A stretch of DNA of 64,000 nt from Octopus sinensis (lineage: Eukaryota), in contig NW_021836297.1 in the NCBI RefSeq assembly GCF_006345805.1, forward strand, positions 1 to 64,000, in the 5' to 3' direction. Each line of letters starts with the position of its first letter. Within the stretch, counting starts at the first letter, position 1. Under the pieces are notes generated by a model. It did no database searches. It was not told the origin of the DNA and saw nothing but the letters and a program-made list of their open reading frames with translations. Shown one piece after another: positions 12,551 through 25,801 of the stretch. The translations under genes and the position numbers were made by a program.

Positions 12551-13287
12551 GTTCAATAATGTTTACAACTCTCACACTGCTTCTAATGCATACTGGAAGA
12601 TATATATATATATATATAATCTATGCAGTTAAGTATATGCTTAAAGAGTGCTTCGTTTTCGGATATATGATACGCCGACGATATATGTGCGTGTGCGTGT
12701 GCATGTGTGTACACACACACACACATACACACATATATATATATAATATATGTACACACACACACACACATATATATATAATATATATATATACATATAC
12801 ACACGTGTGTGTATGTGTATTTATGTTTGTGTTTGTCCCACCACCATCGTTTGACAACCGATGCTGGTGTGTTTATGTCCCCGTAACTTAACGTTCAGCA
12901 AAACAGACTGATTGAATAAGAACTAGGTTTACAAAGAGTAAGTCCTGGGGCTCGATTTCTTCGAATAAAATCCGGTAAGGTGATGCCCCAGCATGGCCGC
13001 AGTCAAATGACTGAAACAAATAAAAGAATAAAAGAATAAAAGACTATAAGCGGTCATTCTTTATCGTGGTGTTGGATAGGTTTGCAAAGTTTTGAAGCAT
13101 TTCAGTATTTTTAAACCAGGCAATTTGTTAACTACCTTTTCAATCCTTACCGGCGCCTCTGGATTAAGGGACACAAAAAGAAAAACAGTGTGCAAGAGGG
13201 AGATCACAAATCATAACATGTAGAACCCTCTTTTACAACTGCGTTAATTAAATTTCCTATTCGTTTGTAAAATCGGGGGAAATATTC

Positions 13288-13947
13288 TTTTCTATTCTAG
13301 GCAAAAGGCCCGAAATATTGGGGGAAGGGAGCCAGTCGATTACATCGACACCAGTACGCAAGTGGTACTTAGTTTATCGACCCTAAAAGAATGAAAGGCG
13401 AAGTCGACCTTGGCGGAATTTGAACTCAGAACGTAACGGCAGACGGAACACGGCTAAGCATCTCACCCGACGTGCTAACGATTCTTACTTCTTTATTGCC
13501 CACAAAGGGCTAAACATAGAGGGGACAAACAAGGATAGACAAAGGGATCAAGTCGATTACGTCGACCACAGTGCGTAACTGGTACTTTATTTATCGACCC
13601 CGATAGGATGAAAGGCAAAGTCAACCTCGGCGGAATTTGAACTCAGAACGTAAAGGCAGACGAAATGCGATTAAGCATTTCACCCAACGTGCTAACGATT
13701 CTGCCAGCTCGCCGCCTTAAGTGATACTTATATTATTTTCTATTCTAGGCACAAGGCCCGAAATTTTGGGGGAACGAGCTAGTCGATTAGATCAACCCCG
13801 GTACGCAACTGGTACTTTATTTATCGACTTCGAAAGGATGAAAGGCAAAGTCGACCTCGGCTGAATTTGAACTCAGAACGTAAAGACAGACGAAATGCGG
13901 TTAAGCATTTTGCTCGGCGTGCTAACGATTCTGCCAGCTCGCCGCCT
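13288..13947 (-). mobile_element. Three head-to-tail SINE family B copies of two tail subtypes
   Basis: Three repeats of TTATCGACCCC..AAGGATGAAAGGCAAAGTC.ACCTCGGCGGAATTTGAACTCAGAACGTAA. Confidence 0.85.
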
Positions 13948-14053
13948 TCTTTAAAGTATGTAGAATACATGTAATTGTAACGACCTATCGTTGCGAAAGA
14001 TACAAATAAGCAGAAGAAACGCAGTGACTAAACCTTCTGCTTTGTAACCAGGA

Positions 14054-14439
14054 GTGGAGGCGCAATGGCCCAGTGGTTAGGGCAGCGGACTCGCGGTCAT
14101 AGGATCGTGGTTTCGATTCCCAGACCGGGCGTTGTGAGTGTTTATTGAGCGAAAACACCTAAAAGCTCCACGAGGCTCCGGCAGGGGATGGTGGTGATCC
14201 CTGCTGTACTCTTTCACCACAACTTTCTCTCACTCTTACTTCCTGTTTCTGTTGTACCTGTATTTCAAAGGTCCGGCCTTGTCACTCTCTGTGTCACGCT
14301 GAATATCCCCGAGAACTACGTTAAGGGTACACGTGTCTGTGGAGTGCTCAGCCACTTACACGTTAATTTCACGAGCAGGCTGTTCCGTTGATTCGGATCA
14401 ACCGGAACCCTCATCGTCGTAACCGACGGAGTGCTTCCA
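14054..14439 (+). mobile_element. SINE family C, full length, 12-bp TSD, nested in a SINE A head
   Basis: Head GTGGAGGCGCAATGGCCCAGTGGTTAGGGCAGCGGACTCGCGG...GTTTCGATTCCC; end CGTCGTAACCGACGGAGTGCTTCCA; TTTGTAACCAGG at 14041-14052 and 14440-14451. Confidence 0.92.
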
Positions 14440-15472
14440 TTTGTAACCAGGTGGTTTCAGGTTCAGTCCCACTGCACGGCACACTGGGCAAGAACCTTCT
14501 ATTTTAGCTTCCCTACTCGCCGACTAATGTCTTGAAAATGAATTTATTATTAGGCGGAAACTGTATGGAAACCCGTTGTGTGTGTGTCCTCACCTGACCA
14601 CTTGACAATGTTTAGATGCAAATAGACAAACAACAAAAACACGAGGAGGATAGAAAGAGAGAGACTGACATTTCGGCATGTGTGTGTAGATATATAGATA
14701 TGTATGTTTTCGTTTTTACACATACACACTCTCACGCGCACTTACACACACACATACACACGCACACACATACACACACACATATTATGTTAAACTTATT
14801 AAGTCACTTGCGATATTTATTCAGCCTCGAGCTACAGACACTCCATTCATGTCACTCTCATTCTTAATCTCCATAAGAAATTAAGTGAACCAGTGTGAAT
14901 GGCCTGTTGGAAACCTGTATTCAATGAAGATATTCTTCACAAATTGCGAAATAATTTTATTTACTTTTTATGCCATTAAGAATTTTTTATTGAAGCTCCA
15001 AGTGTGGTCTTCGACTCTCGCAGACAACGGTACCGAACATACACGAACAAATAACGAATACTTCAGCTTCTATTATTGAAGTCACCACTTACCATTATCG
15101 GAATCAAGTTTTATTTGTCATTAGGAAGGAAGGAGAAATTGGTTTGGGAATATAATAGAGTACAATAGCAATGTATGAATACGTGTATGTGTACGTGTAT
15201 ATATGTGTGTGTATGTATGTATAGGTATACAATTTGGTCTGTTTTTATCTATTTCTCTACAAGCGCATTTGCAGTCGGGAGTACTCACATGCTCTCATAT
15301 GTTTATGCAGTGTGGTTGTGTGGTAAAGAATCTTGATTTTCGACCACATGGTCCCGGGTTCAGTCCCACTGCGTGGCACCTTGGGCAAGTATCTTCTACT
15401 ATAGTCCTCAGGCCGACCAAAACCTTGTGAGTGGACGGAAACTGAGAGGTGCCCGTCGCAGATATAGATATA

Positions 15473-16760
15473 CGAGGGACGTTCAATAAGTAATGCCTCT
15501 GACCCACTTGCAGTTGTTTGATCTAGCTGAAATTTTGCATGTGCAATTATTTATATCTTTATAGAGTAAGTGGCAAATTACAGCACTGAATTAATTGTGG
15601 TTTCTGATTTACAGGTGTTTGAACCGAGTCAAGTGTTAAATGGAGCCTGTTGAGTGTCGAGCAGTGATCCGGTTTTGTATTTGAAAGGACGCATACCACG
15701 GGAGACTTTTGATGAAATGAAAGTAACTTATGGTGATGATGCCCCATCATATGACCTTGTAAAACGCTGGCATCGTGAATTCAAACATGGTCGGACTCTG
15801 TGGAAACAGCTCCCAGATCTGGTCGCCCCCTTCTGCCATTGATGAGGCATCTGTCGGTCAAGTTGAGGCTGCCATTTTGGAAGATCGACGCATAACTATT
15901 CGCCAAATAGCCCATGAGGTCAAGATTAGTACCGGGTCTTTGGAAACTATCATTCATGACCATTTGCATATGCAAAAGGTATCTGCCAGATGGATTCCCA
16001 GGTTGCTCACGCCTTTCCAGAAGCAAGAACGCGTCGAGTGCTCGAGGGTGAATTTGGAGATGTGCCAAGAAGATGAGTCAAAATTTTTCAAAAGACTGAT
16101 TACACAAGATGAAACCTGGGTCCATCACGATGATCCAGAGACCAAATCCCAGTCAATGCAGTGGAAGCACCGTGACTCACCCCCTCCAAAGAAGGCAAGG
16201 GTGCAGCCCTCCCCTGGCAAGGTCATGCTCACAGTCTTCTGGGACCAGGACGGAGTAGTGATGACAGATTTCCTGGCAAAGGGTACCACAATTGCAGGAG
16301 CCTATTATACTTCACTTTTGAGGAAATTAAGAGAAGTTATCAAAATCAAGAGGCGGGGCAAGATCAGCAAAGGCATCCTCCTCCTGCAGGACAACGCTCC
16401 GGTCCACAACTCGCTTGTCGCCAGATCAGAATCACAGGCGTATGGCTATGAACTCCTCCCCCATCCCCCTACTTTCCTGACCTTGCATCCTCTGATTTTC
16501 ACCTCTTCCCAGCCATGAAGTTGTTTTTGAAAGGAAAGCGTTTCCCAGATGATGCAGCCTTGATTTCTGAAGTCGCGTCAGGTTGGAGGACCAAGCTGGG
16601 GTCTTCTACAAAAACGGTCTCCAGAGCTGCATCAAACAATGGGAGAAATGCGTAACTCTGGGTGGTTCCTATGTAGAAAAAGACTAATAACTGTGCCAAG
16701 TTTCGTTGCTCTACTGCTATGGGAAGTGGGTCAGGGGCATTACTTATTGAACGCCCCTCG
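15473..16760 (+). mobile_element. Full-length mariner (DD34D) DNA transposon, 1288 bp
   Basis: TIRs CGAGGGACGTTCAATAAGTAATGCCTCTGACCCACTT / AAGTGGGTCAGGGGCATTACTTATTGAACGCCCCTCG, TA on both sides, transposase inside. Confidence 0.95.
15640..16687 (+). pseudogene. Frameshifted mariner transposase
   Basis: MEPVECRAVIRF start, HTH region, WIPRLL, ITQDETW, KVMLTVFWD, QDNAPVH and disrupted HPPY(S)PDLA.SDF motifs across several frames. Confidence 0.92.
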
Positions 16761-17046
16761 TATATGTATGTATGTATGTATATATGTATGTATACATATT
16801 TGTACCTGTATGCGTGTGTGTGTGTTTCTTTCCCAACCGTTGTTTGTGTGTTTACGTCCCCGTAACTTAGCGGATCGGCAAATGGAGTCTAATATAATAA
16901 ATTCCAGACTGAAATAGAAGAACCGTAGTCGATGCTTTCGACTAAAATGTCTCAGAGCGGTGCCCCAGCATGGCCGTAGTCTAACGACTGAAACGAATAA
17001 TGGATAAAAGAAGATATGTATGTGTGTGCGCGAGTGTGTGTGCGTG

Positions 17047-17104
<58 letters not shown>

Positions 17105-17105
<1 letters not shown>

Positions 17106-17260
17106 TTTGAATTTACAAGAAAACAAAAGACGAAGGCAGGTGTATAAACAACAAACAGGTATATTAGTTTAACGCTCGGGAAGGTGAGAAAGCCTTTTAC
17201 ATTTCGAACCTACGCTCTTCAACAGAAAAGGAACAGAGAAAATAAACAGAGACAAAAAAC
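17105..17260 (-). repeat. Interspersed repeat with variant hammerhead-like motif (possible Penelope pseudo-LTR relic)
   Basis: Minus strand CCTTTTCTGTTGAAGAGCGTAGGTTCGAAATGTAAAAGG; related motifs in the 24527 tandem unit and near 59810-59850. Confidence 0.35.
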
Positions 17261-17264
17261 GCCT

Positions 17265-17431
17265 TATTATATATATATATATATATTAATATATATATAT
17301 ATATTGTATATATATAATATATATATATATATATTATATATATATTATGTGTCTATATATAATATATTATATAGTATATATATATATATGTATATATAAT
17401 ATATACATATATATCTTCTTCTCTCTCTCTC

Positions 17432-17463
<32 letters not shown>

Positions 17464-17745
17464 CATATATATATTTTATATAATATGTAATATTTACGTA
17501 TACATACATTTGTATGTATCGTATATAGACATATTTGTATTATTATATAATATATACATATACAGATTATATATAACATTTATATACATACATACATTTG
17601 TATGTATTATATATATGTATAACGTGTATATAAAAATACACACATAATGTATATTTATAGACATAAATACATACACATACACGCACACTCGCACACACAC
17701 AAACACAAAACACAAACACAAAACTCAAACACATTCACACACACA
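17265..17745. repeat. TA/CT/CA compound microsatellite
   Basis: Direct reading. Confidence 0.9.
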
Positions 17746-19269
17746 AACTATTTTTCACCTATGGAATAATGCCTATTCTTGTTCGACACATGTACGACTA
17801 CAATTGTGTCAGACTCTAAGCAAATTTCTACACATCGCCATTTTTATTCTTAAAGCTTACGCAATTTATTTTTTTTTTAATTTTCTTCTTTTTTGTTTTT
17901 ATTTATTATTTTTGTTTTTTTTGCTCAAAAATATATCTGCGGCATTGTTGTGAAAAATAGATTCATCTCGTTATAAATCCATTTAGGTTTATATTTTCTA
18001 CCCTATATATACACAAAAAAAAATAATCAAAAACGGTTGAGAAAGAAACTACAAGTAACAACAACAACAACAATAACAAAAAATGTTGAAAGAAAACGAG
18101 AACAAGATAGATAAATACAAAATTGGGATAAATCGTCAATTTGAGTTTGCTGTTTTGAATATATATTCCTCTGATTGTAATGCCAAGAGCAAGCATGCAA
18201 GACGTGACAGAACTCGAGGTGTGTTCTACGAACGCTCCACAACCTTCACAGGTTGGTTCAATGTCAAAAATTTGGTATCACGCTCGGAATCACGTTCATT
18301 GCGAATATCTCTTTCTATGCTTCTTTCCGTTTACTATCTCCTTCCTTTTTTCTCTTTCTTTTTTCTCTCCTTCATTTTCATTCAATCCTAATAGTGATAA
18401 ACTTCAATGGCTGTATAGTATATGCGGTTTTAGGAACAACACGGTTTTGGTGTTAGAGTTAAGGGATAATATGGAATTTTAAACTAATTTATTATTCGTG
18501 ACGTTCACTCCACGATTATCTTTGGATACCTTTCATGAATTTTACCTCACATCACATCACCTCATGTCGCAAAATAGCAGGTGAAAAATTTTTGTTTAAT
18601 TCCATTCCTGGCTTTATACATCGCCCTTAACCACCAACAGCAACCACCACCACGACCACCACCACTTAAGCGTAGAGGACTTGCGAGAAACTAATAAGTT
18701 CCACAAATTCAGGACACTGATTGAAATACATTTTAGAAGACAGTTAATATTGATTCCTGCTTTAATACACATGCTATGTGAGGTATTGGCTCTTAACCAT
18801 GCTAACCCAACTTTATCGTTTTATGACTTCGCTATCATTCAACAGTTATTTGATGGTTTGCAGTGTATCGTTACACATAACCAAAATGTAAAAACGCCGC
18901 TTTATGCAAATGTCCACGGCTTTATCTGTACATCCCTACGTGGTATTCGGTTCTTTCAATGTTGGAGCAGCAGAACTGTTAGAAGGATTGACATAAATCA
19001 ATTGTAAGCTAAATATATAAATAAATAGGAGAGATATTTAAGGGGTGAAGAACTTTTCCATAGATTTGCACGGTTTAAAAGCGGGGGTGGGGTGGGGTGG
19101 GGAAAAGTATGGAGGTGAGGATGGAGTTAGGTGAGGAGTGGGGGAGGGGCTGCGGAAACGTGTGTGGGGGTGGGGCGGACGGGGAATGCATGTTTCACTA
19201 ATTTGGTTTAGTGGAAACCGTTTCGTTTCAAATACTGTCGAGTCGGCATTGCCTTTTAGAAATAGCAAC

Positions 19270-19301
19270 ACACGCATGCACACACATGCATATATGTATA
19301 C

Positions 19302-19338
<37 letters not shown>

Positions 19339-19572
19339 GGTGTGTGTGTGTGTGTGTGTGTGTGGTTTGTGTGTGTGTGTCTGTCTGTGTGTGTTTTATA
19401 TATATATGCGGATATATATATATATATATATACATGTATGTGTGCGTATGTGTGTATATACACTAAAATCCCTTCAAGCTACTATTTGTGCTTTCTATAC
19501 ACACATACACTTTTATACATACATGCACATTTACATATATGTATATATAATAAATAAATATACATACATGTG

Positions 19573-19650
<78 letters not shown>

Positions 19651-19878
19651 TGTGTGTGTCTGTATACATATATACACGTATGTGTGTGAATATATATATC
19701 TATATATTATATATAATATATATATGTGGTGTGTATATATATATATACATATGTGTATGCATACATACCTACATGCACGCACGGTACACACATATACAAT
19801 TGCACACACGTACACACACACAACACACATACACGCACACACACGCTCACACATATACACACACATACATACACACAC
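19270..19878. repeat. TG/TA/CA compound microsatellite
   Basis: Direct reading. Confidence 0.9.
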
Positions 19879-20418
19879 CGAGGTCGATGCAGTCGACTAT
19901 TCGTGCTTCCCAGTTTGCAGAGTCAAGCAAGAAATCGTATTTGCAGTTATTCTAAAACCAAATCAATATTCTACATGGAATAATGGGTGATGATTTGACA
20001 GAGACGTTGAAAACGGCTTACTGGTATTTTAATCTCTGATTTCTGTATCTTCAGTTCAAATCCCGTCAGGATTATCTTGACCTTTGATCCTTTTGTAATG
20101 GATAAAGCCATTCCCTGCGGTGGAACGAAACTAAATCAATTGACTTATAGTAAGATTAGTCAGAAAGACAGCCAGACTGGAGAATGAGAGGAAGAGAGCA
20201 CGTCACAAGGATTTGCGGCTAAAAGAGACACAGCGTCGAAGTATCGAGTTATTATTATGCATCGTCATTCGAGAGATTCGTTTCGAATACTTACAAAGGT
20301 TGTCATTGGTTTTCTGACCCCACTAAAAGGCAGCCGTTGGCCAGTTGGTGATCTTAACCCAAATTGAGGTTCTGTTACACCCCAACCCCACTGAGAAACT
20401 GATACAATTTCCGTCCGA

Positions 20419-20734
20419 CTCTTTTACTCTTTTACTTGTTTCAATCATTTGACTTCGGCCATGCTGGAGCACCGCCTTTAATCGAGCAGCTCGACCCTGG
20501 GACTTACAGTATCTTTACTCTTTTACTCTTTTACTTGTTTCAGTCATTTGACTGCGGCCATTTTGGAGCACCGCCTTTAATCGATTGAGCGAATCGACCC
20601 CAGGACTTATTCTTTGTAAGCCCAGTACTTATTCTATCGGTCTCTTTTGCCGAACCGCTATGTAACGGGGACATAAACACACCAGCATCGGTTGTCAAGC
20701 AATGCTAGGGGGGACAAACACAGACACACTAACG

Positions 20735-20781
<47 letters not shown>

Positions 20782-20973
20782 GTATATACGACGGGCTTCT
20801 TTCAGTTTCCGTCTAGCAAATCCACTCACAAGGCTTTGGTCGTCCCGAGGCTATAGTAGAAGACACTTGCCCAAGGTGCCACGCAGTGGGACTGAAGCCG
20901 GAACCATGTAGTTGGTAAGCAAGCTACTTACCACACACGCACACACACACACACACACAGCCACTCCTGCGCC
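20419..20973 (-). mobile_element. SINE family A with duplicated 3' tail and a CA expansion inside the head
   Basis: Extra tail 20419-20506, full copy 20513-20973. Confidence 0.9.
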
Positions 20974-21303
20974 TATTTTTTTATATATATATTTTCTTCT
21001 TTTCGTTTTGTTGCAATTATTGGACCGTGGCCACGCTGGGGCACCGCCTGGAAGAGAGCCTTAGTTGGGCAAATCGACCCCTGTACTTTTTTTGCTTCTG
21101 GTTTTTTTTTGCGTTTTACATTTTTAGTCTGCTACGTATTCTATTTGATCTGCTTTGCCGAACAGCTACGTTACGGGGACGTAAGCAAACCATCACCGGT
21201 TATTGATCGGTGAGGTGGGGCACACACATTAACACAAAGATATACATACATAAATATGTATATATGTGCGTGTGTGTGTGTGTAATTATATACGAATATA
21301 TGA

Positions 21304-21381
<78 letters not shown>

Positions 21382-21780
21382 CGAGCTTCCGTACAGTTTT
21401 CAGCTATCAAATTCACTCACAAGGCATCAGTAAGCACGGAGCTATATACTAGAAGACATTTTCCCAAGTTGCTGCGATGTGAAAATGAATCTAAGAGCAG
21501 GAGGTCGCAAAGCGTGTTTGTTATTCACATTACCATGCCAATAACGCTAGACTCAAAGATACTTGCTCAAGATGGAATGTTATGGGATCGAACTAGAAAA
21601 CACATGATTGTGAAGTGAACTTCTTAACCCGTGTCAAACCACAAGACATAAAAGAAATTTTTGTATTTAGAAAATATTTGCCTTTGTTTTACGTTCTGAG
21701 TTCAAATTCCACCGAGGTCGACTTTGCCTTTCATCCTTTTGGGGTTGATAAATTAAGTACCAGTCGAGTACTGGGATCGG

Positions 21781-22222
21781 GGAAGAGTATGCACTCTAGT
21801 TTGGTTAGTCGTAAATCGGGGCAGGGTACGTCGGTCAGGCAATAACATATGACAGATGTTATGTAAGCATTCGCCACCTCTGATCGACCTTTCAGAGATA
21901 GCTTTCTCCCGGCCCATTTCTGAGCAAGATCGGCTACCCTGTTCGTCACCTCATCCCAATTCTTCTCCACCTGGAGATCTAGACCAAATCAGAACCAGAA
22001 TAATTTAACGGCCCCTTCCGTCCAGCATCCCACGACATTATCTGACAGCGTGAACCTGCTTCTCCAAGCGTCGAACCGCAGACCCAACTTCTCTTTATCA
22101 TTTTTTGCTCTTGTCACCACCTAGCGTTCTTTTAGAGCAGTTCCGCATGAACTAGGACGTAGGAGCACCGTGACGGCATATGTGGACGACGTCACCGTCA
22201 TAGTGTCGAACACCAACGACAT
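21781..22222 (-). mobile_element. L1/Tx1-clade reverse transcriptase fragment with an inverted segment
   Basis: Minus 21781-22141: ..DLQVEKNWDEVTNRVADLAQKWAGRKLSLKGRSEVANAYITSVICY; plus 22147-22222: TAYVDDVTVIVS (YxDD motif). Confidence 0.75.
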
Positions 22223-22224
22223 AA

Positions 22225-22695
22225 AACAAAATAGGCAAAGAAATATCTAAGTGAATTCCAAATACAACAAATCCCAGAATTAGACGTACTGGAAACAAGC
22301 ACAGAAAAAGCTAAGCGTATGAAAACCTGTGCTAAAACTGCTGCCTTAGATATTGTTACTGATAAATGGCAAGAAAAACCTCTCAATGGCAAATATCCAA
22401 GGAGAGTTAATAATGCCGGTGTTGACAAAGCCCCGACCCATCAATGGTTAGTGTCTTCTGGCTTAAAATCAGAGACAGAATGGTTTATCATTGTAGCCCA
22501 AGATCAATGCCTACCTTCAAGGAACTTCCAAAGCAACATATTAAAGAACGGCAATAGCCCAACATGTCGTGTATGTGAACAACAAAATGAAACCATTGAC
22601 CATGTTGTCTCCATGTGCAGTTTTCTTGCGTCTACAGAGTATTTCAACAGGCATGATAGAGCAGCACAATATATCCACAGGGTAATTTGCAGGAA
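22225..22695 (+). mobile_element. R4/Dong-like (RLE) non-LTR retrotransposon fragment
   Basis: WQEKPLNGKY...WL..GLKSETE.FI..AQDQ.L..RNF, CCHC knuckle CRVC....ETIDHVVSMC and RHD motif; the ORF runs on into (GAA)n(GAT)n. Confidence 0.85.
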
Positions 22696-22774
22696 GAGGA
22701 GGAACCAAGAAGAAGAAGAAGAAGAAAAAGAAGAAGAAGAAGAAGAAGAAGAAGCAGAAGAAGAAGAAGAAGAA

Positions 22775-22827
<53 letters not shown>

Positions 22828-22861
22828 CGATGATGATGACGACGATGATGACGACGATGAT
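22696..22861. repeat. (GAA)n-(GAT)n compound trinucleotide repeat
   Basis: Direct reading. Confidence 0.95.
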
Positions 22862-23269
22862 AAAACCCTACTTTTGTTATACACTTTGGACATCAGCCGT
22901 CGAATCTGGAGTCGATGTTGGGACTTCTAAATGAACGGTTTGACCTGCAAGTCATAGCAGCCACAGCTTCCTCAAATTCACACTTTACCGTCTAAAAACA
23001 AATAAAACAGAAGGATATATCAGATATAAAAAAAAAGAAAACATTTGGAAACAGAAAAAATAAATAAGACGAGATGGTCACGACTAGAATAACTTTAATT
23101 AATGATCAGCTCGATCAGGTTGGACTGTAAATTAACAAAAAAAAACATCACCAACAACAATAACAACAACAACAGCAACAACAACAGCGCCACTGCGATG
23201 CACCAGACTGCTACGAATGAATTTAATTAATAAATATATCCCAGGAAATCAGTAACACACACAGAAGAC

Positions 23270-24086
23270 CTAATACACACGCATACCATACACTCGCATA
23301 TATATACACACATACAGACACATGCAGACACATTCACACACACACACACGTATGCACGCACGTACGCATATACGCTCACGCACACACACTCACATATATA
23401 CACACATACAGACACATTCAAACACACACGCACGTACGCATATACGCACACGCACACACAAACACACATACACTCGCATATATAGACACACATAAGGACA
23501 CATTCACACACACGCATATATGCACGCACACACACACACATAAGGGCACATACAGACACATTCACACACACACACGCGTATGCACACGCGCACGCACGCA
23601 TATGCGCTCACATACAGACACATTCACACACATTCACACACACACGTATACGCACGCACGCACACACATACACTCACATATATATACACACATAAGGACA
23701 CATACAGATACATTCACACACACACACACGCGCATATACGCACGCACACACACACACGTAAGGACACATACAGACGCATTCACACACACACGCGCATATA
23801 CGCACGCACGCACACACACGCACACACATAAGGACACATACAGACACATTCACACACACACACACACACACACATAAGGACACATACAGACACATTCACA
23901 CACACACACATACGCTCACATATATATATATATATATATACACACATAATGACACACACAGATACATTCACATACACACGCACGCACGCATATACGCACG
24001 CACACACGCACACACACACACATACACAGACATACACATACACGCATACACACACACGCGTGCGCGCGAACGCACACACACACACA
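23270..24086. repeat. CA-based complex minisatellite with recurring CATAAGGACACATACAGACACATTCA
   Basis: Motif recurs several times in a CA matrix. Confidence 0.85.
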
Positions 24087-24526
24087 TGAAAATAACTTTG
24101 GTCTGAACAATTCCATCGATCCATCACAAAAAACCTCAATTACCAAAGTTTACTTGTGATCTTCGTGTTATGCTTCACACTTCTATGAAGACACATTGTG
24201 AACAGAAGTCTTGGTGGTTTTTGCTTGTCTCTCGCACATTATTCCATCGTCTTAATGAAAGATAAATTCGTTCCGTTTCTTTTTTTTTATATATATATTT
24301 CTTCCTTTTTCTCTTTTTTTTTGTTGTTGTCTACTTGGGATTCTATTGTCACAAGAGATAAAAAGATTATTCAAATTTCAAAAGACATAAACAAAAGTTG
24401 TAGGGAAAGAACAGACCTACAAAATAAATATATATTTTTTTAAAAGCCTAAACCATTTTGGTATACAATTTTCAAGTTAACTCAAATAACACCAGGAAGG
24501 ATTACAATATCTGTTTCATTTTTGAA

Positions 24527-25222
24527 TCTGGTTTGCAAGATTCTCTATGTGAATTCGTGTATTGCACCAATGCATGTTGTTAACATTCACGTAATGACTC
24601 TTCTTAGACGCAACAACTACGCGTGGACTTTTGGCGATTTTTTTCCCTCCTTCTTCCTTTTCTTTTGGACTTTCCTGTCTCCTGTTTCCGAAAAAGTGCT
24701 TTGCTCGAAATGTAAAACAACCACTCTTTCTTTCTTTCATTCTCTGAGCGTCTTATTAACATTTTGCATGTACCACGTCCTCGCATTGTTTTCTTTAGAA
24801 ATTGTAACTGTTAATTCTTACTTGTATTCACCTGATGAAAACAGTTTTTATTTTTGCATGATGTAATATTTCTATTCTGGTTTGCAAGATTCTCTATGCG
24901 AATTCGTGTATTGCACCAGTGCATGTTGTTAATATTCACGTAATGACTCTTCTTAGACGCAACAACTACACGTGGACTTTTGGCGATTTTTTTCCTCCTT
25001 CTTCCTTTTCTTTTGGACTTTCCTGTCTCCTGTTTTCGAAAAAGTGCTTTGCTCGAAATGTAAAAACAACCACTCTTTCTTTCATTCTCTGAGCGTCTTA
25101 TTAATATTTTGCATGTACCACGTCCACGCATTGTTTTCTTGAGAAATTCTAATTGTTAATTCTTACTTGTATTCACCTGATGAAAACAGTTTTTATTTTT
25201 GCATGATGTAACATTTCTATTC
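24527..25222. repeat. Tandem duplication, two units of about 349 bp
   Basis: TCTGGTTTGCAAGATTCTCTATG at 24527 and 24876; colinear and highly similar. Confidence 0.93.
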
Positions 25223-25459
25223 TTCAATTTAAAAAAACACGTCTGAAACAGCTGTGTCTACTTTTCACCTAACTCGGAACCTGCAACTCGTTTGGATCTG
25301 GAGTCTATAGACGGTGATTCAATAGGAGCAGTGAGTGTACCCATGTATGACCTTGATAACTCGCTCTGTATTCTATCAGCCTCTTGTGAACGTGTGCATA
25401 ACTGAAGAACAAGTGAGTATGTATTTGTCGTTATACATTGTATGTACACTGTAGCGCTA

Positions 25460-25734
25460 TCGCCAACCCAGGCTTACAATTGTGAGTTCGACTTCTGGAC
25501 CAGACTGTGTGTTGTGTTCTTGAGCAAGACACTTTATTTCATGTTGCTCCAGTTCGCTCAGTTGTAGAAATGAGTTGCGACGTCACTGGTACCAAGCTGT
25601 ATCGGCCTTTGCCTTTTCTTTGGATAACATGAGTGACGTGGAGAGGAGAGGCAGGTATGCATGGACAACTGCTGGTCTTCCATAAACTTTCTAGGCACAA
25701 TCCCATGGTCATTTGTGACTGAAGGTAGCCTTTG

Positions 25735-25737
<3 letters not shown>
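25460..25737 (+). mobile_element. SINE family D variant with a third type of tail
   Basis: GAGTTCGAC head relic, TTGTGTTCTTGAGCAAGACACTTTATTTCA body, tail CTGTATCGGCCTTTGCC...CTGCTGGTCTTCCATAAAC. Confidence 0.65.

Positions 25738-25800
<63 letters not shown>

Positions 25801-25801
<1 letters not shown>

Larger units (their letters stand above)
15305..17010 (+). mobile_element. SINE family A split by a mariner insertion
   Basis: Head 15305-15460 and tail about 16830-17010 flank the mariner. Confidence 0.8.

Noticed and set aside
14054-14130. Bona fide tRNA genes in SINE heads
   Set aside because: A/B boxes are present but the cloverleaf is imperfect and continues into SINE bodies with TSDs.
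22319-22930. Host zinc-finger protein with acidic tail
   Set aside because: An R4/Dong retrotransposon fragment reading into (GAA)n(GAT)n.
25250-25420. Possible exon with GTGAGT donors
   Set aside because: Weak acceptor, no recognisable peptide, and stops in all frames up to the second donor.
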